From Salisapilia sapeloensis CBS 127946 (lineage: Eukaryota; Protista; Oomycota): a DNA stretch of 64,000 bases. The position numbers and the translations under genes are program-made. Location of the stretch: NCBI GenBank assembly GCA_023334545.1, contig JAADVB010000076.1, positions 1-64,000 of the forward strand, read 5' to 3'. The notes beneath the pieces were generated by a model. The model was not told where the DNA came from, ran no database searches, and worked only from the letters and a program-made list of their open reading frames with translations. Shown here piece by piece: positions 22,127-33,586 of this stretch; positions within the stretch are counted from its first letter, which is position 1, and each line of letters begins with the position of its first letter.

Positions 22127-23380
22127 ATGGAGGATGCCAACGGACAGGCGCCTTCTCTCCACGATCCAATGGACGATAGCAGCATAGCCACGACCGACAA
22201 ACTTTCAAATAGCGTCGCTAAGCCCAGCATCGATGCTGCACCCGTACCGACGGACGATGTGCAAGTGCTGCAGAAGGAGAACGCGAGCGGAGTTGCATAT
22301 GAGAACAATGTACAGGACAATGAAACGAGTGTAGATATGCACAAGGAGGTAGTGAGTAAGAGCAGTATCGTATCAGACGCCAAGGTACCCACGGATGCGC
22401 ACCGTGGAGACGACAAACAGGCCAAGGAAGAGAGGAGAACAGCTATCACGGAAGACTACAATTCGAGTCTAGTGGACTCTTTACCTATGGAAAGTACAGA
22501 TCTTAACCTCCCGGACGTGGACTTTGACGTTGCCGCCGACCTCGACTCGACCCACCACAACGAGCAGCAGTCGGACCAGGACGACACCGTAGGCATGGAA
22601 CGCATTGCCGACGTGGATGCCACGCAGATGCAGTGGTTTGGCGACGCAGATGCTTTGCTCAGTGAGAATGAGCCTGCGCTAGACGCGTCCGAGTTCTACA
22701 GTCAAGCCGACGATACCATCTTGCCTCTGAAGCGTCCGTTTGATACGAGTGCTCCAAAGCCAAGCTCTTCGTCAGACAGTGAAAGCAATAGTGACACTTC
22801 CTCGTCTGTGCCGTCGACGCCTCGTGTGTCGAAGAAAGCGAAGCGAGTGGAGCGCGAGTGGGATGCAGTGTCCGACCTGGACAAGTACATCGAGCACATG
22901 ACGAGTCTACCGTCCGATTTCGCTGACTTTGACGAGCTGTTGAATGAAGAGTGTCCGGTCTTTGAAGGTTTCTACGGCATCGCGCAGTACAGAGCCAAGC
23001 TGTCTGGCGTCTGGGCGTTCAACCACGAAGACTTGCGGCAGGGCGGGAGTCGCGTGTCCAAGTTCGAGTACTCTAGCAGCCACTTGCCCCACTTGAAGCC
23101 GTTTCGAAAAGCAGCAGCGAAGAAGCCGACGCTCGTGATTCCGTACAGCGGCAGCTACTCTGGGTTCTTTAATTTTCGCCAGTTCAACGGCAAAGTGCTC
23201 AAGATCCGTGAGACGCAGCTGCAGCTAACGTTCGCCAAGGTCGGCGTAGACTCGGACGAGGTCGTGTCGCACGTGACGCTGCTCGGTCGAGGTAGAAACC
23301 AATTTGGTAGATTTTTGGTCAAGGGCAGTCTGGCGTTGGGTGACGGCCAAGTCCTCTTGCGTCGTCGATACCTGAATTAA
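22127..23380 (+). CDS. Hypothetical protein: acidic disordered N-terminus and a C-terminal beta-rich domain of unknown function
   Basis: Long open frame. The C-terminus has LSGVWAF, SKFEY, PYSGSYSGFFNF, KIRETQLQLTF and GRGRNQFGRFLVKG. Confidence 0.8.
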   Translation: MEDANGQAPSLHDPMDDSSIATTDKLSNSVAKPSIDAAPVPTDDVQVLQKENASGVAYENNVQDNETSVDMHKEVVSKSSIVSDAKVPTDAHRGDDKQAKEERRTAITEDYNSSLVDSLPMESTDLNLPDVDFDVAADLDSTHHNEQQSDQDDTVGMERIADVDATQMQWFGDADALLSENEPALDASEFYSQADDTILPLKRPFDTSAPKPSSSSDSESNSDTSSSVPSTPRVSKKAKRVEREWDAVSDLDKYIEHMTSLPSDFADFDELLNEECPVFEGFYGIAQYRAKLSGVWAFNHEDLRQGGSRVSKFEYSSSHLPHLKPFRKAAAKKPTLVIPYSGSYSGFFNFRQFNGKVLKIRETQLQLTFAKVGVDSDEVVSHVTLLGRGRNQFGRFLVKGSLALGDGQVLLRRRYLN

Positions 23381-23752
23381 CTGTTTTTGCTCTGGAGATG
23401 CCGTTTAAACATGCAGTATATTTTTATGAACGCATCGCTTTGTCCCATCGCAAACCTTGATCTTGTCGTATGCTGCGTCTCCTGAGGAGATGCAAGAAGT
23501 AGGCGCTCGAAGGATCTCGGCGCTGTCTAGCTGGTAGTAATCCGACCAGAGTGTTTACATTGGACGCTAGATAAAGCACCCTCCCCTCCCTGTAAAGACA
23601 AGTGACGCTTCCTACCTTCGAACCTGTTCAAGTCCATACTCGCACCTCTTTAAACGAATACCTCTTAATCACCTTGGAAGAGCAGCTGAGATGACGCTCC
23701 TGTCCTCGCCCTTTTCATTGGTTCGATCCATACCTTCACTTGTATCCCTCGG

Positions 23753-23761
23753 GCTCATTCT
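23753..23761 (+). promoter_or_regulatory. Oomycete initiator (Inr)-like element upstream of cysteine synthase
   Basis: GCTCATTCT matches the GCTCATTYB consensus and lies about 40 nt upstream of the ATG at 23801. Confidence 0.5.
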
Positions 23762-23800
23762 GAAAGTCGACGGCTACGTCCCAAGTCACACGTCAGCAAC

Positions 23801-24835
23801 ATGTTCGCCAAGAAGATGCTCCAGCGCACGGCCATGGCCGCCAAGCCACACATGCGATCCATGCACATTGCCAATGACATGACTCAGCTCATTGGCAACA
23901 CGCCTCTCGTCTACCTCAACAAGGTCACCGAGGGTCTCAACGCCAAGGTCGCCGTCAAGTGCGAGTTCATGGAACCCTGCGCCAGCGTCAAGGACCGTAT
24001 CGGTATGAGCATGATCAAGGCTGCTGAAGAGAGCGGTCAGATCAACAAGGACACGCTCCTCGTCGAACCCACGAGCGGAAACACCGGTATCGGTCTTGCC
24101 TTTGCCGCTGCTGTCCGAGGATACAAGCTCACGCTCGTTATGCCCGACACGATGAGTATGGAGCGCCGTATCATCCTCAAGTCCTTTGGCTGCGACGTCA
24201 TTCTCACGCCAGGTGCTCGTGGCATGACCGGAGCCGTCATGAAGGCCGAGGAAATCGTCCGCAACCACCCCAACTCGCTTTCTCTCGCCCAGTTTGAGAA
24301 TGAGGCTAACCCCAAGATCCACTACGAAACCACGGGTCCGGAAATCTGGAAGGACACGGACGGCACGGTCGACTACTTTGTCAGCGGCGTCGGCACCGGC
24401 GGCACCATCACCGGTACCGCTCGTTACCTCAAGCCGCTCAAGCCGGAGATGAAGGTCGTCGCCGTCGAGCCGGAGGAGAGCCCCGTGCTGTCCGGTGGCA
24501 ACCCTGCGCCGCACAAGATCCAGGGCATTGGTGCTGGCTTTGTCCCGAGCATCCTCGACCGTGATCTGATCGACGAGATCTTGACGCCGAACTCGGCCCA
24601 ATCGTTCGCCATGGCCAAGCGTCTTGCTCTCGAGGAAGGTCTTCTCGTCGGCCCGTCGTCCGGTGCAGCCGTGGTTGCCAGTCTGGAGCTCGCCAAGAGG
24701 AAGGAGGCTGAAGGAAAGCTGATTGTGGCCATTCTGCCGTCCTTCGGTGAGCGATACTTGAGCTCTCCGCTCTTTGAGCAGGAGCGCGAGGCCGCTGCCA
24801 ACTTGCCGACGTCGGAACTCCCGGAGAAGAACTAA
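23801..24835 (+). CDS. cysK: Cysteine synthase / O-acetylserine (thiol)-lyase with a mitochondrial-type presequence
   Basis: [15 protein letters not shown] (PLP lysine), [44 protein letters not shown]. Confidence 0.97.
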   Translation: MFAKKMLQRTAMAAKPHMRSMHIANDMTQLIGNTPLVYLNKVTEGLNAKVAVKCEFMEPCASVKDRIGMSMIKAAEESGQINKDTLLVEPTSGNTGIGLAFAAAVRGYKLTLVMPDTMSMERRIILKSFGCDVILTPGARGMTGAVMKAEEIVRNHPNSLSLAQFENEANPKIHYETTGPEIWKDTDGTVDYFVSGVGTGGTITGTARYLKPLKPEMKVVAVEPEESPVLSGGNPAPHKIQGIGAGFVPSILDRDLIDEILTPNSAQSFAMAKRLALEEGLLVGPSSGAAVVASLELAKRKEAEGKLIVAILPSFGERYLSSPLFEQEREAAANLPTSELPEKN

Positions 24836-26916
24836 GCGCTGTTATGATGTCGTGTAACGTTGCTGTCTTATAAAAGCACTATATCAATGACAAGAGAAAG
24901 TTAGAGAAACGAGGTACTTTGGTATGTCTGATGCGTGCTGGTTGATCGCCCTGTAGGAGGCTGGTCGTGCTGTTAAAACGTGGTGTATGTGTCACCATCT
25001 CTTGATGTGCTCTACTTCTAGCTGCTCGTCAGTGTCTTTGTCCATTGTCACAGAAACTATTTTTGCAAGTCACCTGGTCGCATCTACTCTGTAGACATTG
25101 ACTGTATCTCTCGTATGGTTTGTTGATCCAACGGATACCGTTATATACAAAAGGTAAGCACTTTGGCGTTTTTGTATTTTTGCCTCTAGACAGGTTAAGG
25201 AGTTATTCAGCGCACTTAAGCGATCAAGTCCTACCACGACGGTGTTTCCTGTATGGTTCAAGTATGCAGGGGTAGAAAGTTAAACATTTAAAAAGCTTTT
25301 GGATCGAGTAGGCGCCATGCTGTCATACGTTCGCAGTAGATACACCATATATAAAAACATACACGCAAAAGTGTATACAATAGAGAGTCTACCGATATAG
25401 CACGTACGAGATACATTCGGACGTACGTATCCACTCGACCTTGTCCTCTTCCTTCAGCCTACACTTCAAATTGAAGTAGTGATGGAATGGATCTTGCCCC
25501 GACTACTCCAGCTTCAACCTACACTTTATGTCGATTGTGGGAGCAATATGCTAGAGGAACGTCTGTCCTTGATGTGGCGGGTACAAGGGGTCGCGAGGAT
25601 TTGCGAGTTCTCATCCGCTTTTACAATGCAAAAATTTGAAGGGCATGCAAAAGACAATACTGTATGCTTTATGGACAGCAATAACTTTGAAAAGTCTGGT
25701 GATTGTGCCGAGTCTCGCTCTTTGGTCACACCAGCCTCTACTGGGAAAGGAATTGGCACAACGGCAAGATGGTACGCGAAGAGATGCTCTTCCCAAGTTG
25801 CACAATACCGCCAAAGGTGTACGTGCGAACAACTCTCGAGCTTCTTACAATTCGTGCACACTATTTCTGATAATGCGTCGATGATCTGCCGAGGTGCACG
25901 TACGACGAAGGCCCTCTAAAGTTGTAATGAGTGGCTTTGTAAGAGCATCATTAAACAGCTCACTGTTGGTTGCATTCCCATCGCACAAAGACAAGGCCGT
26001 GAATAGTGTCAATGATCAGCTCACCAACGTATCGTCATGTTTGTTTTGTTGTTGAATTTGCAACTGCGATCAAATACGGCGAAAGTTGTGTTGGAGGGAA
26101 ACGTTTTAGCGCGACACCCATTGTACGATCCTCGTCTTCAAATCATAATCAGTTTTCTAGAGTGTGGTACTGGAGATTGCTAATGAACACGCGGAAAGCA
26201 TCTTTTCCCGGTGCTGCTACCTCGCTTTGCTGAGATTCCTCTTGAACAGACGAACTTGCACACGTGTGATGAAGGTGTTGAATCTTGGTGGAGGATCTGC
26301 TGCGCGTGGTTGAAGTAATCTCTTCTTCCGGACCTCTTGTTACTCCATCTAGCACATAAAAGAATAAACAGATTATAATAGTAAGAACATAAATCTATCT
26401 TGATCAACAACCGTTGGTGCCTAAATGTAGAAAGTAGATGTCAAGGTGCATTTCATGTTGCCATGCCAGATTCGTAAGCGTGCACAGCTCTACAGCTTTT
26501 GTTTCGTGTTTTTAGAGTATCATCCGCTAAGTAGATCCTATCGTGGCTAATGTGAAACATGTAAGGTAGACTCATTGCATTGCTAGTTTTAATAGGAGTC
26601 CAGCTTGCAATTCTACTTTCGCTTGGTTAACACACCTGAGAACGAGAAGCCATTGGTGACTTTATATACCCTCACTCCATTACTACTGCCAGGCAATCCC
26701 TTTCGCTAGAACGCTGCCAAGTAATAGTTCTCGCCATCCTTCAAAATAAATGTTTCATGTACCTTCCCCTGCACTTGCCAGACAACGAGCGTAAACTCCA
26801 AGACAAACAATGCGGAAGAGCTTTTTAATTGCAATCTCGTGACCGAATACATTTCTGTCTAAAACGTGATTTCATACGCGTCATGGTCCACGTACCACTT
26901 TCTACTCCGCCCAGTC

Positions 26917-28792
26917 CTATGTTTTAATCGACTCCCAAGGCTTTTGCGGGCGCTCCTCCCGACTCTTTTGCAGCAGATCCGACGAATCATCCGATAGTCG
27001 GTCTTCAATGTCCTTGATCCCAGGCACCTTTTCCCCGTTCTCAATCTTCTTCATAAGCTCCGAAAACGACTGAGGGTACTTTGGTTCGTCCTTTTCCTCC
27101 AGCTCTTCCTTCTCCTTCGGCTCCACAGACGTACTCTGCTGGTTGAGTCTCTCCATGAACTTGGTCAGACTGTCCGTTTCGTCTGCCTTCGCCTTCTCTT
27201 CCAACGGACTCTCCTCTGGTTTCAAGACCGACTCTTCCTCTGTTTTCGTGGGCAAAGCGGGCGTCCGGAGCGACTGGAAGTGGTTTCGAGCCACTTGTTC
27301 CATGGGCGTATCGTCATTCGAAGAGAGAGACTGGAGGCTCTTAAGAAGAGCTTGGAGGATGGACAAGTGGGCGTCCAGATCCTCCTTCGAGTGCCACGTC
27401 CATTCGAGGTTTCCATTCCGATTCTCAAACCCTATCGATCGAAGCACTTCTTCGTGATGCTACAGACTCTTGTCAGAAGTATAAAGATAGATGATAATGT
27501 AAAAAGACGTACGTGGAGTGGTTGGATCTTTTGCTTGTAGTTCACGTTCCCAGTCGCGATGCGGCGATACCGAGGAACGTCCGGATGCTACATACAAAGT
27601 GTTATGACAAGTCCGGCAATACAGCCTATGGATGCTTACCTCGGTGAGGTTCCGGACGTACATGGAGAGGATACTGGCAGCCTGCTTAACGTCCTCCAAC
27701 GAGTTCTATCGTCACCCCACGCTTTATCACAGCTATAATCCCTACTTTAACCAAAGTTTAAGCGTACCTCTGTTCTGAATCGCTTGAGAGCGTCTTCCAT
27801 CTTGTCCATCTTTTGCTCCACTCCTACGACCTTGGGCGCCTCCACCTTTTCCTTTACATCCACAGCTTCATCCTCCACCTTTTCAACCTTTGTATCCTGT
27901 TTCTCCACTGCAGTCTTCTGTGGGGACGGAGCAGGAACAGAAGACTCTTCCAACACCTTTTGGAGAGCTGATACTTGTGCTTGAAGAGTTGCAATCTCCT
28001 TGGCATTGGACTACATACGACATGAGTACCATACAAAAATACAGCGAAACAGTAGTCCTACTTGCTCCGACAGCTTCGTGTCCAACAGCGTCTGGGTCGT
28101 CAGCTGCTGCTCGGACGAATGGAGCGACTTGGAGAGAGCAGAGAGCTCCTGCGTTTGCTCCTGAATGGCAGTAGACACGCCCGTGATGGCTGTCATCAAC
28201 TGCTCGTCCTCTGCCTTCATCTTCTCCTCTTCCTCCTTCACTTTTTCGTCTTCCAAACCGTACCGTGGAGACAGCCAGGGAATCCACCCATTCTCCCTCG
28301 CATAGTTCCACACCATATTCACGACCGTCGCTGCTCCGACGATCGATGCAACAGTCGTTAGGAACTGGATGTACGGAGGCGTGTATCGCTTCGGGACTAG
28401 CTGGAAGCCAGCAGGGATGGCACCCATGCCAACTGCAGTAGCAGGTGTGGTCGCTGGCGGAGACGAGTACTGGACAGTCGCCGAGGATGGAGACGTGGAA
28501 GAAGAGGCATTCTGGTATCGCTCCAGCGCTTCCTGCACCTCTTCTTTCGTCAGACCCTTTTGCTCTAGGAACTGGATACGTTCGCTAATTGGCGTCGACT
28601 AGCATGAGCACAAGAAGGGTATTAGTCGAATGCTCACAGGAGACCAAAGCGATCTCTAGCAAGTAGAAAACAAGTCTCTTGTAGAAATAACAAGACATCC
28701 TCTTCATATCATATCACTGAAGCTACGACAAGTACCTGGACGTTCGGGTGCTGTAGGAATTGGACCCCATTTGCCACTTGGTCCTCCCTCAT
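26917..28792 (-). CDS. PEX14: Peroxin PEX14 with an internal PUB domain and C-terminal KPWE domain (6 exons: 28792-28736, 28598-28062, 28010-27768, 27705-27640, 27587-27513, 27459-26917; 506 aa)
   Basis: Pex14_N (MREDQVANGVQFLQHPNVQ|STPISERIQFLEQKGLTKEEVQEAL), TM, coiled coil, PUB (ILSMYVRNL..HPDVPRYRRI..N..Y..KI...EEVLRSIGF), KPWE domain (YPQSFSELMKKIENGEKVPGIKDI...KPWE). Five GT..AG introns, all phase 0. Confidence 0.9.
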
Positions 28793-28880
28793 GCTATGGC
28801 CGATTCTTGTTTATTAAGCGTCATGCCAGCAGTTCCGTCCTCTTCTCCTGTAATTCGTAGAAACTGATATGCATCCTCCG

Positions 28881-28888
28881 CTGATTGG
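28881..28888. promoter_or_regulatory. CCAAT box in the PEX14/RPF1 divergent spacer
   Basis: CTGATTGG located within the 151-bp spacer between the two ATGs. Confidence 0.5.
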
Positions 28889-28943
28889 TTGAAATGGGCT
28901 ACTGGAGCACACAGCCTATAACTCCGCTCGGACTTTGACAAGC

Positions 28944-29947
28944 ATGGCGAAGCGACCGCATGAGGATAGAGAGGAGAAGGAGGATGGAGAAGAGTCTAAA
29001 GACTCGCAGGTCATGCGGAATCCATCTCACATCCGCAACAAACAGAAGCGGCAACAGATGATGCAAAAGTACAAGAAGCAGAAGAAGCTATTGAAAAAGC
29101 AGAACAGGGAGGCAGTCGCCAATGGACAGCGAGAGAAGCAGACGCCGCAGACGCTGGACTCGAAGCGAGAGGCAGAGGTCAGCATCGTCGATACCTCTGG
29201 CGCAGATGACGAGGTCGCGAACGACGAGGTGGAGGACGAATTCGCCGACATCTTTGGCAATGAGACTGCCCCGAAGCTCATGATCACGACGCGGCCTCGA
29301 CCGTCCGGCGACCTGTACTACTTTATCCAGGACCTCATGAACCTCCTCCCGAACGCCTTCTACTACAAGCGAGGCGCGAACGACATCAAGGACATTGTCC
29401 AGTGGGCCACCAACAAGGAGTTCACGCACCTCGTCGTGCTGTCGGAAAAAGCCAAGAAGTGCAATGGGTACGTCTACTACTCCCCACTGTCCATTCTACA
29501 CTAATTATTACATATAGCATGGTCGTGAGTCGACTTCCGGACGGTCCGACTGCCTTCTTCAAGGTGTCGAACGTGAAACTTTGCAAAGAGATCTCGAACC
29601 ACGCTCGACAGACAGCGCACCAGCCAGAGCTCATTCTGAACAACTTTTCCACTCGACTCGGCCATCGAGTCGGTCGGTTCCTAGGTAGCTTATTCCCTCA
29701 CGACCCAGAGTTTGAGGGTCGACAGGTCGTTACGTTCCACAACCAGCGAGACTTTATCTTTGTCCGACACCATCGGTACATCTTTGAGAACGAAGGAACG
29801 AAAGCTCGACTGCAGGAGATCGGGCCGAGGTTCACGGTCAAGATGCGGTGGCTGCAGGAAGGAACGTTCGACACAAAGTTCGGGGAGTACGAGTGGGTCC
29901 ACAAGCAGCACCAGGTGGACACGACTCGAAGACGCTTCCACTTGTAG
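28944..29947 (+). CDS. RPF1: Brix-domain ribosome production factor RPF1 (intron 29468..29517)
   Basis: [72 protein letters not shown]. Confidence 0.96.
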
Positions 29948-30026
29948 ATTCGAATAGATTGTCTTTTTCATCTATACTTAGCTTCTATTTATACTTCTTT
30001 ACCTCTATCCAGACTCTAGTACTAGA

Positions 30027-31397
30027 ATGAGTGCCGTGGAGGCTGTTCGGCAAGCCCTGTCGTCGATAGATCATCCGTTCTCGGACCACGAGATACGAAG
30101 AGTGCTACGAAGCAGGAGAGACGATGTCGCCAAAACAGTCCTCTTCCTCAAGGACAAGTACAACTTTCTATCGTCCAACTACTATCTGGACATCAGCATC
30201 GCCCATCCGGTCATTCGAAAAGAACTACTGAAGGGGTATGCGCATCTGCCAGATGACTGTGTCACGCATGAAGGTTCTCCCGTACTACTCGTCCAACCAG
30301 AGCACTTTCACTATCGAGATGCAAAGGAAAGCGTTCAACTACCAAATGCGAGTGTCCAAGAGAGTACTGGATCGGATGCCAAGTTACTATCTATCTATCT
30401 ATGGGAACTAGCGTTGGACATGGCCGAAGTGGATCTGGATAGAGAACAAGACAAGTCGATCTTTGTCCAGCCTCTGGCCCAAGTGACACTACTGGTGGAT
30501 GTGCAGCACATGCAGCTGGAACTACATGTTGGGTACATTCAGTTCCTCCACGAGCTCTTCACTACTTTTCAGCAGTACTACCCGGAGAGTCTTCGCCAAG
30601 TGCTCGTCATCGGAGGCAATGACAAGGCCCAGTCGGTCATAAAGTGGATGCAGAAGGTCGTCCAGGCATCCTTCTTATACAAGGTCCAGGTCCTGAACTA
30701 CCAGAGTGAGCTCGTGAACTTTATCCCTCACGGCAGCATTCCACAAATGTACGGAGGCAAATGCTCACTTCAGTCGCCTCCGGAGTGGATTCGGGATCAA
30801 GCAGACGCAGAAAACGTGTCTCTGCAGGTAGAGGACGGAGAGGAAATCTCGGAGGAAAAGAAAGTGCTGAATGGAATGCAATACGCATCTAAAGCTGTTG
30901 GAGAGGTGCTTCAGCTGCCGAACACACTAGCTCGAGGAAAAGTATCCAAGCAAAAGGGTGAGGACAGTTGGACTGGGTACTATGGCGTCCTGAGACCGGA
31001 AGCGTTACTGCTGTATGTGGACGAAAGTGGTCATCGCCCAGAGGTCATTCTGCCCATCAAGGAAGGTACGACGGTCTCGACGGTCCAGGTGCGTACGTTG
31101 TTCCGTTTCAACCAACTATTCGGCTTCCACATGTCGGTCGAGACGAGTCCGACTGGAGTGGTGCTGGCCTGTCGGTCGGAAGTGGAGCGGTCCAAGTGGA
31201 TGGCGGAGATCCAGGACGCGTGTATCAGATGCGAGGGAAGACGACGGGACGAGGGTAGGAGGCTGAAAGAGCGGGAGGCCAAACAAGAAGCGTTCAAGGA
31301 CTATGACATGATGACCTTTGGAGACGAGTCGGCCAAATCGGAAGGGAAGGCTCGGCACTCACATCCTGTTGATCACATGGTAGATGCTTTCAATTGA
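30027..31397 (+). CDS. CRAL-TRIO (Sec14-like) lipid-binding domain plus C-terminal PH domain protein
   Basis: DHEIRRVLRSRRDDVAKTV (CRAL-TRIO N-like), FQQYYPESLRQVLVI, IPHGSIPQMYGG, then WTGYYGVLRPEALLLY...LACRSEVERSKWMAEI (PH). Confidence 0.8.
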   Translation: MSAVEAVRQALSSIDHPFSDHEIRRVLRSRRDDVAKTVLFLKDKYNFLSSNYYLDISIAHPVIRKELLKGYAHLPDDCVTHEGSPVLLVQPEHFHYRDAKESVQLPNASVQESTGSDAKLLSIYLWELALDMAEVDLDREQDKSIFVQPLAQVTLLVDVQHMQLELHVGYIQFLHELFTTFQQYYPESLRQVLVIGGNDKAQSVIKWMQKVVQASFLYKVQVLNYQSELVNFIPHGSIPQMYGGKCSLQSPPEWIRDQADAENVSLQVEDGEEISEEKKVLNGMQYASKAVGEVLQLPNTLARGKVSKQKGEDSWTGYYGVLRPEALLLYVDESGHRPEVILPIKEGTTVSTVQVRTLFRFNQLFGFHMSVETSPTGVVLACRSEVERSKWMAEIQDACIRCEGRRRDEGRRLKEREAKQEAFKDYDMMTFGDESAKSEGKARHSHPVDHMVDAFN

Positions 31398-31463
31398 TCG
31401 ACAAAAGATATTTTTTCAAAAACAAAAGTTATTCGATTCGATGTTTCTTGCAGCCCTTGTGGT

Positions 31464-31926
31464 CTACGCAGCCTCCTCCTTGGCTTCCTCCACTGCAGGT
31501 GTAGACGACGCGTCGTGCCTAGAGTGAATAAAATCAGAATCAGAAAGCAGCGCCATAGACAAGGTGCGTACGAGAACTTTCGGTAGAGCTGCGTGATGCC
31601 CGTGCCGGCCATGAACACGTTGACGGCGAAGAGGTTCCAGTTCTTGGGCGTAATGACCATGCTGTAACGAGACCAGATAACACCCGTGGCCGTCACGGCG
31701 ATCTGCTGCGACAGCGAGATGTTCTCTGCTGGTCGACGCATGTCGGCAATGTTGGCGATCGAGATGGCCCACTTGATCGTCGGTGCCCAAAAGTGCACTA
31801 ATTCGAATGTTAAATAAACCGCTCTCAAGTATCCATTATTGCGCATAAAGTACCGGTGAAGGGTCCCGCGGGGTGTCCGAGGAAGGCCGCGACCTTTGGG
31901 TTGTTGGCGACAATGTCGGTCGACAT
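31464..31926 (-). CDS. MPC2: Mitochondrial pyruvate carrier 2 (two short introns)
   Basis: HPAGPFT|VHFWAPTIKWAISIANIAD..RPAE.IS..Q......TG.IWSRYS.VITPKNWNLFAVN. Confidence 0.93.
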
Positions 31927-32075
31927 GACCTTGGCCTGGAGTCTCGGGACGATACTCGGCAGCATCCTTCCTCTTCGATTTCTGCTTCGAGCCGCACGAT
32001 CGTCTCGATTTACAGCTGCAACTTTTACATCAACTAAACCGAGACACGCACCAAGTCTCCCAACAGACAAAATCG

Positions 32076-32951
32076 ATGGCGACGAGAGTCGAGGAGGAGT
32101 ACTTTCCACCGTACTTGACGGGCCTCCCGTCGGACGACAATGGCAAAGACAAGGACAAGAATGCCAGCAACATGTACGTTATTGGGCTGCAGTCAGGAGG
32201 CGACGCAGGTGGTCGGAAGGAACGGAAACCGAGGCTCACGTTTGCCGAGAGCCTCGTCATGCAAAAGACGCCGGCCAACGACGGACGAGAGTGCAGCGTC
32301 GTGCAGAACATGGATGAATTAATTTATGAGGAGGGTCCGAGCCCCTTTGCCTACAATGCGAGTGGCGACGCGTCGAGTCTGCGACGACGAATCACGAATA
32401 CGACGGAGGAGGACGACGATGCTCCTCCGCCTCGGTCGTCTCTCTCAGACGCTGCTCTCCCGACGTTTGCAACTCACTCCAAGCCAGTGTCTCGACCGCC
32501 AATGTACATGGAGTCGTCATTTGCTCCGTCGGCCGAAGACCACTGGGGATTCGAGAAACAGTACTGGATCACCATCTACGGATTTTCGTTCTCGATGAAG
32601 CACCTTGTGTTGGCGCAATTCAAGAAAATAGGTCAAGTCGTGAACGTCATGAACAGCGGCGGAGGAAACTGGGTGCACCTGCGGTACAAGGATCGGGAGG
32701 ATGCTGAAAAGGCGTTGGGATACGATGGCAAACGCATCTGCGACGGCGTCATGGTTGGTGTGAAAAAGTGCATGCCAGGCGACTTGGAGGGTGCAGAGGA
32801 AGGCGTCGTGTCCGAGGTGCACGCCCCTTCCAAAGGCAGTGCCGGCAGCCGCGACCTGCAGGTCGACCCGGAGGACAGCGACATTATGCTTCCGACGCCG
32901 CGCCGCCAGGACGTTTGCTCCCGCGTGCTCAACTATCTTTTCAACTGGTAA
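32076..32951 (+). CDS. NUP35: Nucleoporin NUP35/NUP53 (MPPN RRM)
   Basis: WITIYGF...VLAQFKKIGQV...GGNWVHLRY....AEKALGYDG...GVMVGVKKC, and a C-terminal amphipathic helix CSRVLNYLFNW. Confidence 0.88.
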   Translation: MATRVEEEYFPPYLTGLPSDDNGKDKDKNASNMYVIGLQSGGDAGGRKERKPRLTFAESLVMQKTPANDGRECSVVQNMDELIYEEGPSPFAYNASGDASSLRRRITNTTEEDDDAPPPRSSLSDAALPTFATHSKPVSRPPMYMESSFAPSAEDHWGFEKQYWITIYGFSFSMKHLVLAQFKKIGQVVNVMNSGGGNWVHLRYKDREDAEKALGYDGKRICDGVMVGVKKCMPGDLEGAEEGVVSEVHAPSKGSAGSRDLQVDPEDSDIMLPTPRRQDVCSRVLNYLFNW

Positions 32952-33586
32952 TAAAAGAGCGTTTTCTTTTCTTTTTCTTTAGGATACCGTCCTCGTCTGT
33001 CTCTGGGGCGTCCAGTCGAATTCGCGAGGGAAGTCGTTTTTTTCGGATAACGCTGGCTCTCGCGCCGTGGTGCCTGGCCATGTCCCACTCCCTACTCTAT
33101 GATACGTGCACGCATCTCGCTGATCGCAGCCATAAAAGCGCTCACGCGGGTGTGCTCTTTGACAAACTTTGAAGCGACTTGCGTACACCAGTACGGTACT
33201 GGCCATCGTGTGCAACGATCGCGAGCTGCGTGACAGCCACACAGTGGCGATAAAGACGCCGTATTCACAATCTCGCAAGCAATTGGCGTCAGAGCGACTT
33301 GTGCTGGCGTGCTTGTCGCCTAAAGCAGCCGATTTAGATCGCCTGTCACTTGGAATTTGTATCCCGCCGCCGGTGCTTCAGTCAAGCGTCCTATTGGCTT
33401 CAAAGAGCTCGTTCAACCTGATTCGACACGCAGTATCGCTTCCAATCAAATATACAAAGTGTATGTGTCATCCACCAAGCGGTTTCGATCATGTGCAAAT
33501 CGCACACTAATCTACCAGCGCGTGACATTTGCCATCAGAACCCAATTTGCCGGCGTGCCCCCCAACCGCCTCCTTCAACCTACATC

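Noticed and set aside
23786-24601. 271-aa antisense ORF over cysteine synthase
   Set aside because: Typical antisense shadow of a highly codon-biased gene.
25479-26410. RRM-like 'FRVFISNLQY' fragment and nearby short ORFs
   Set aside because: Stops follow immediately, there is no RNP1 motif and no convincing splice rescue. At most an unassignable relic.
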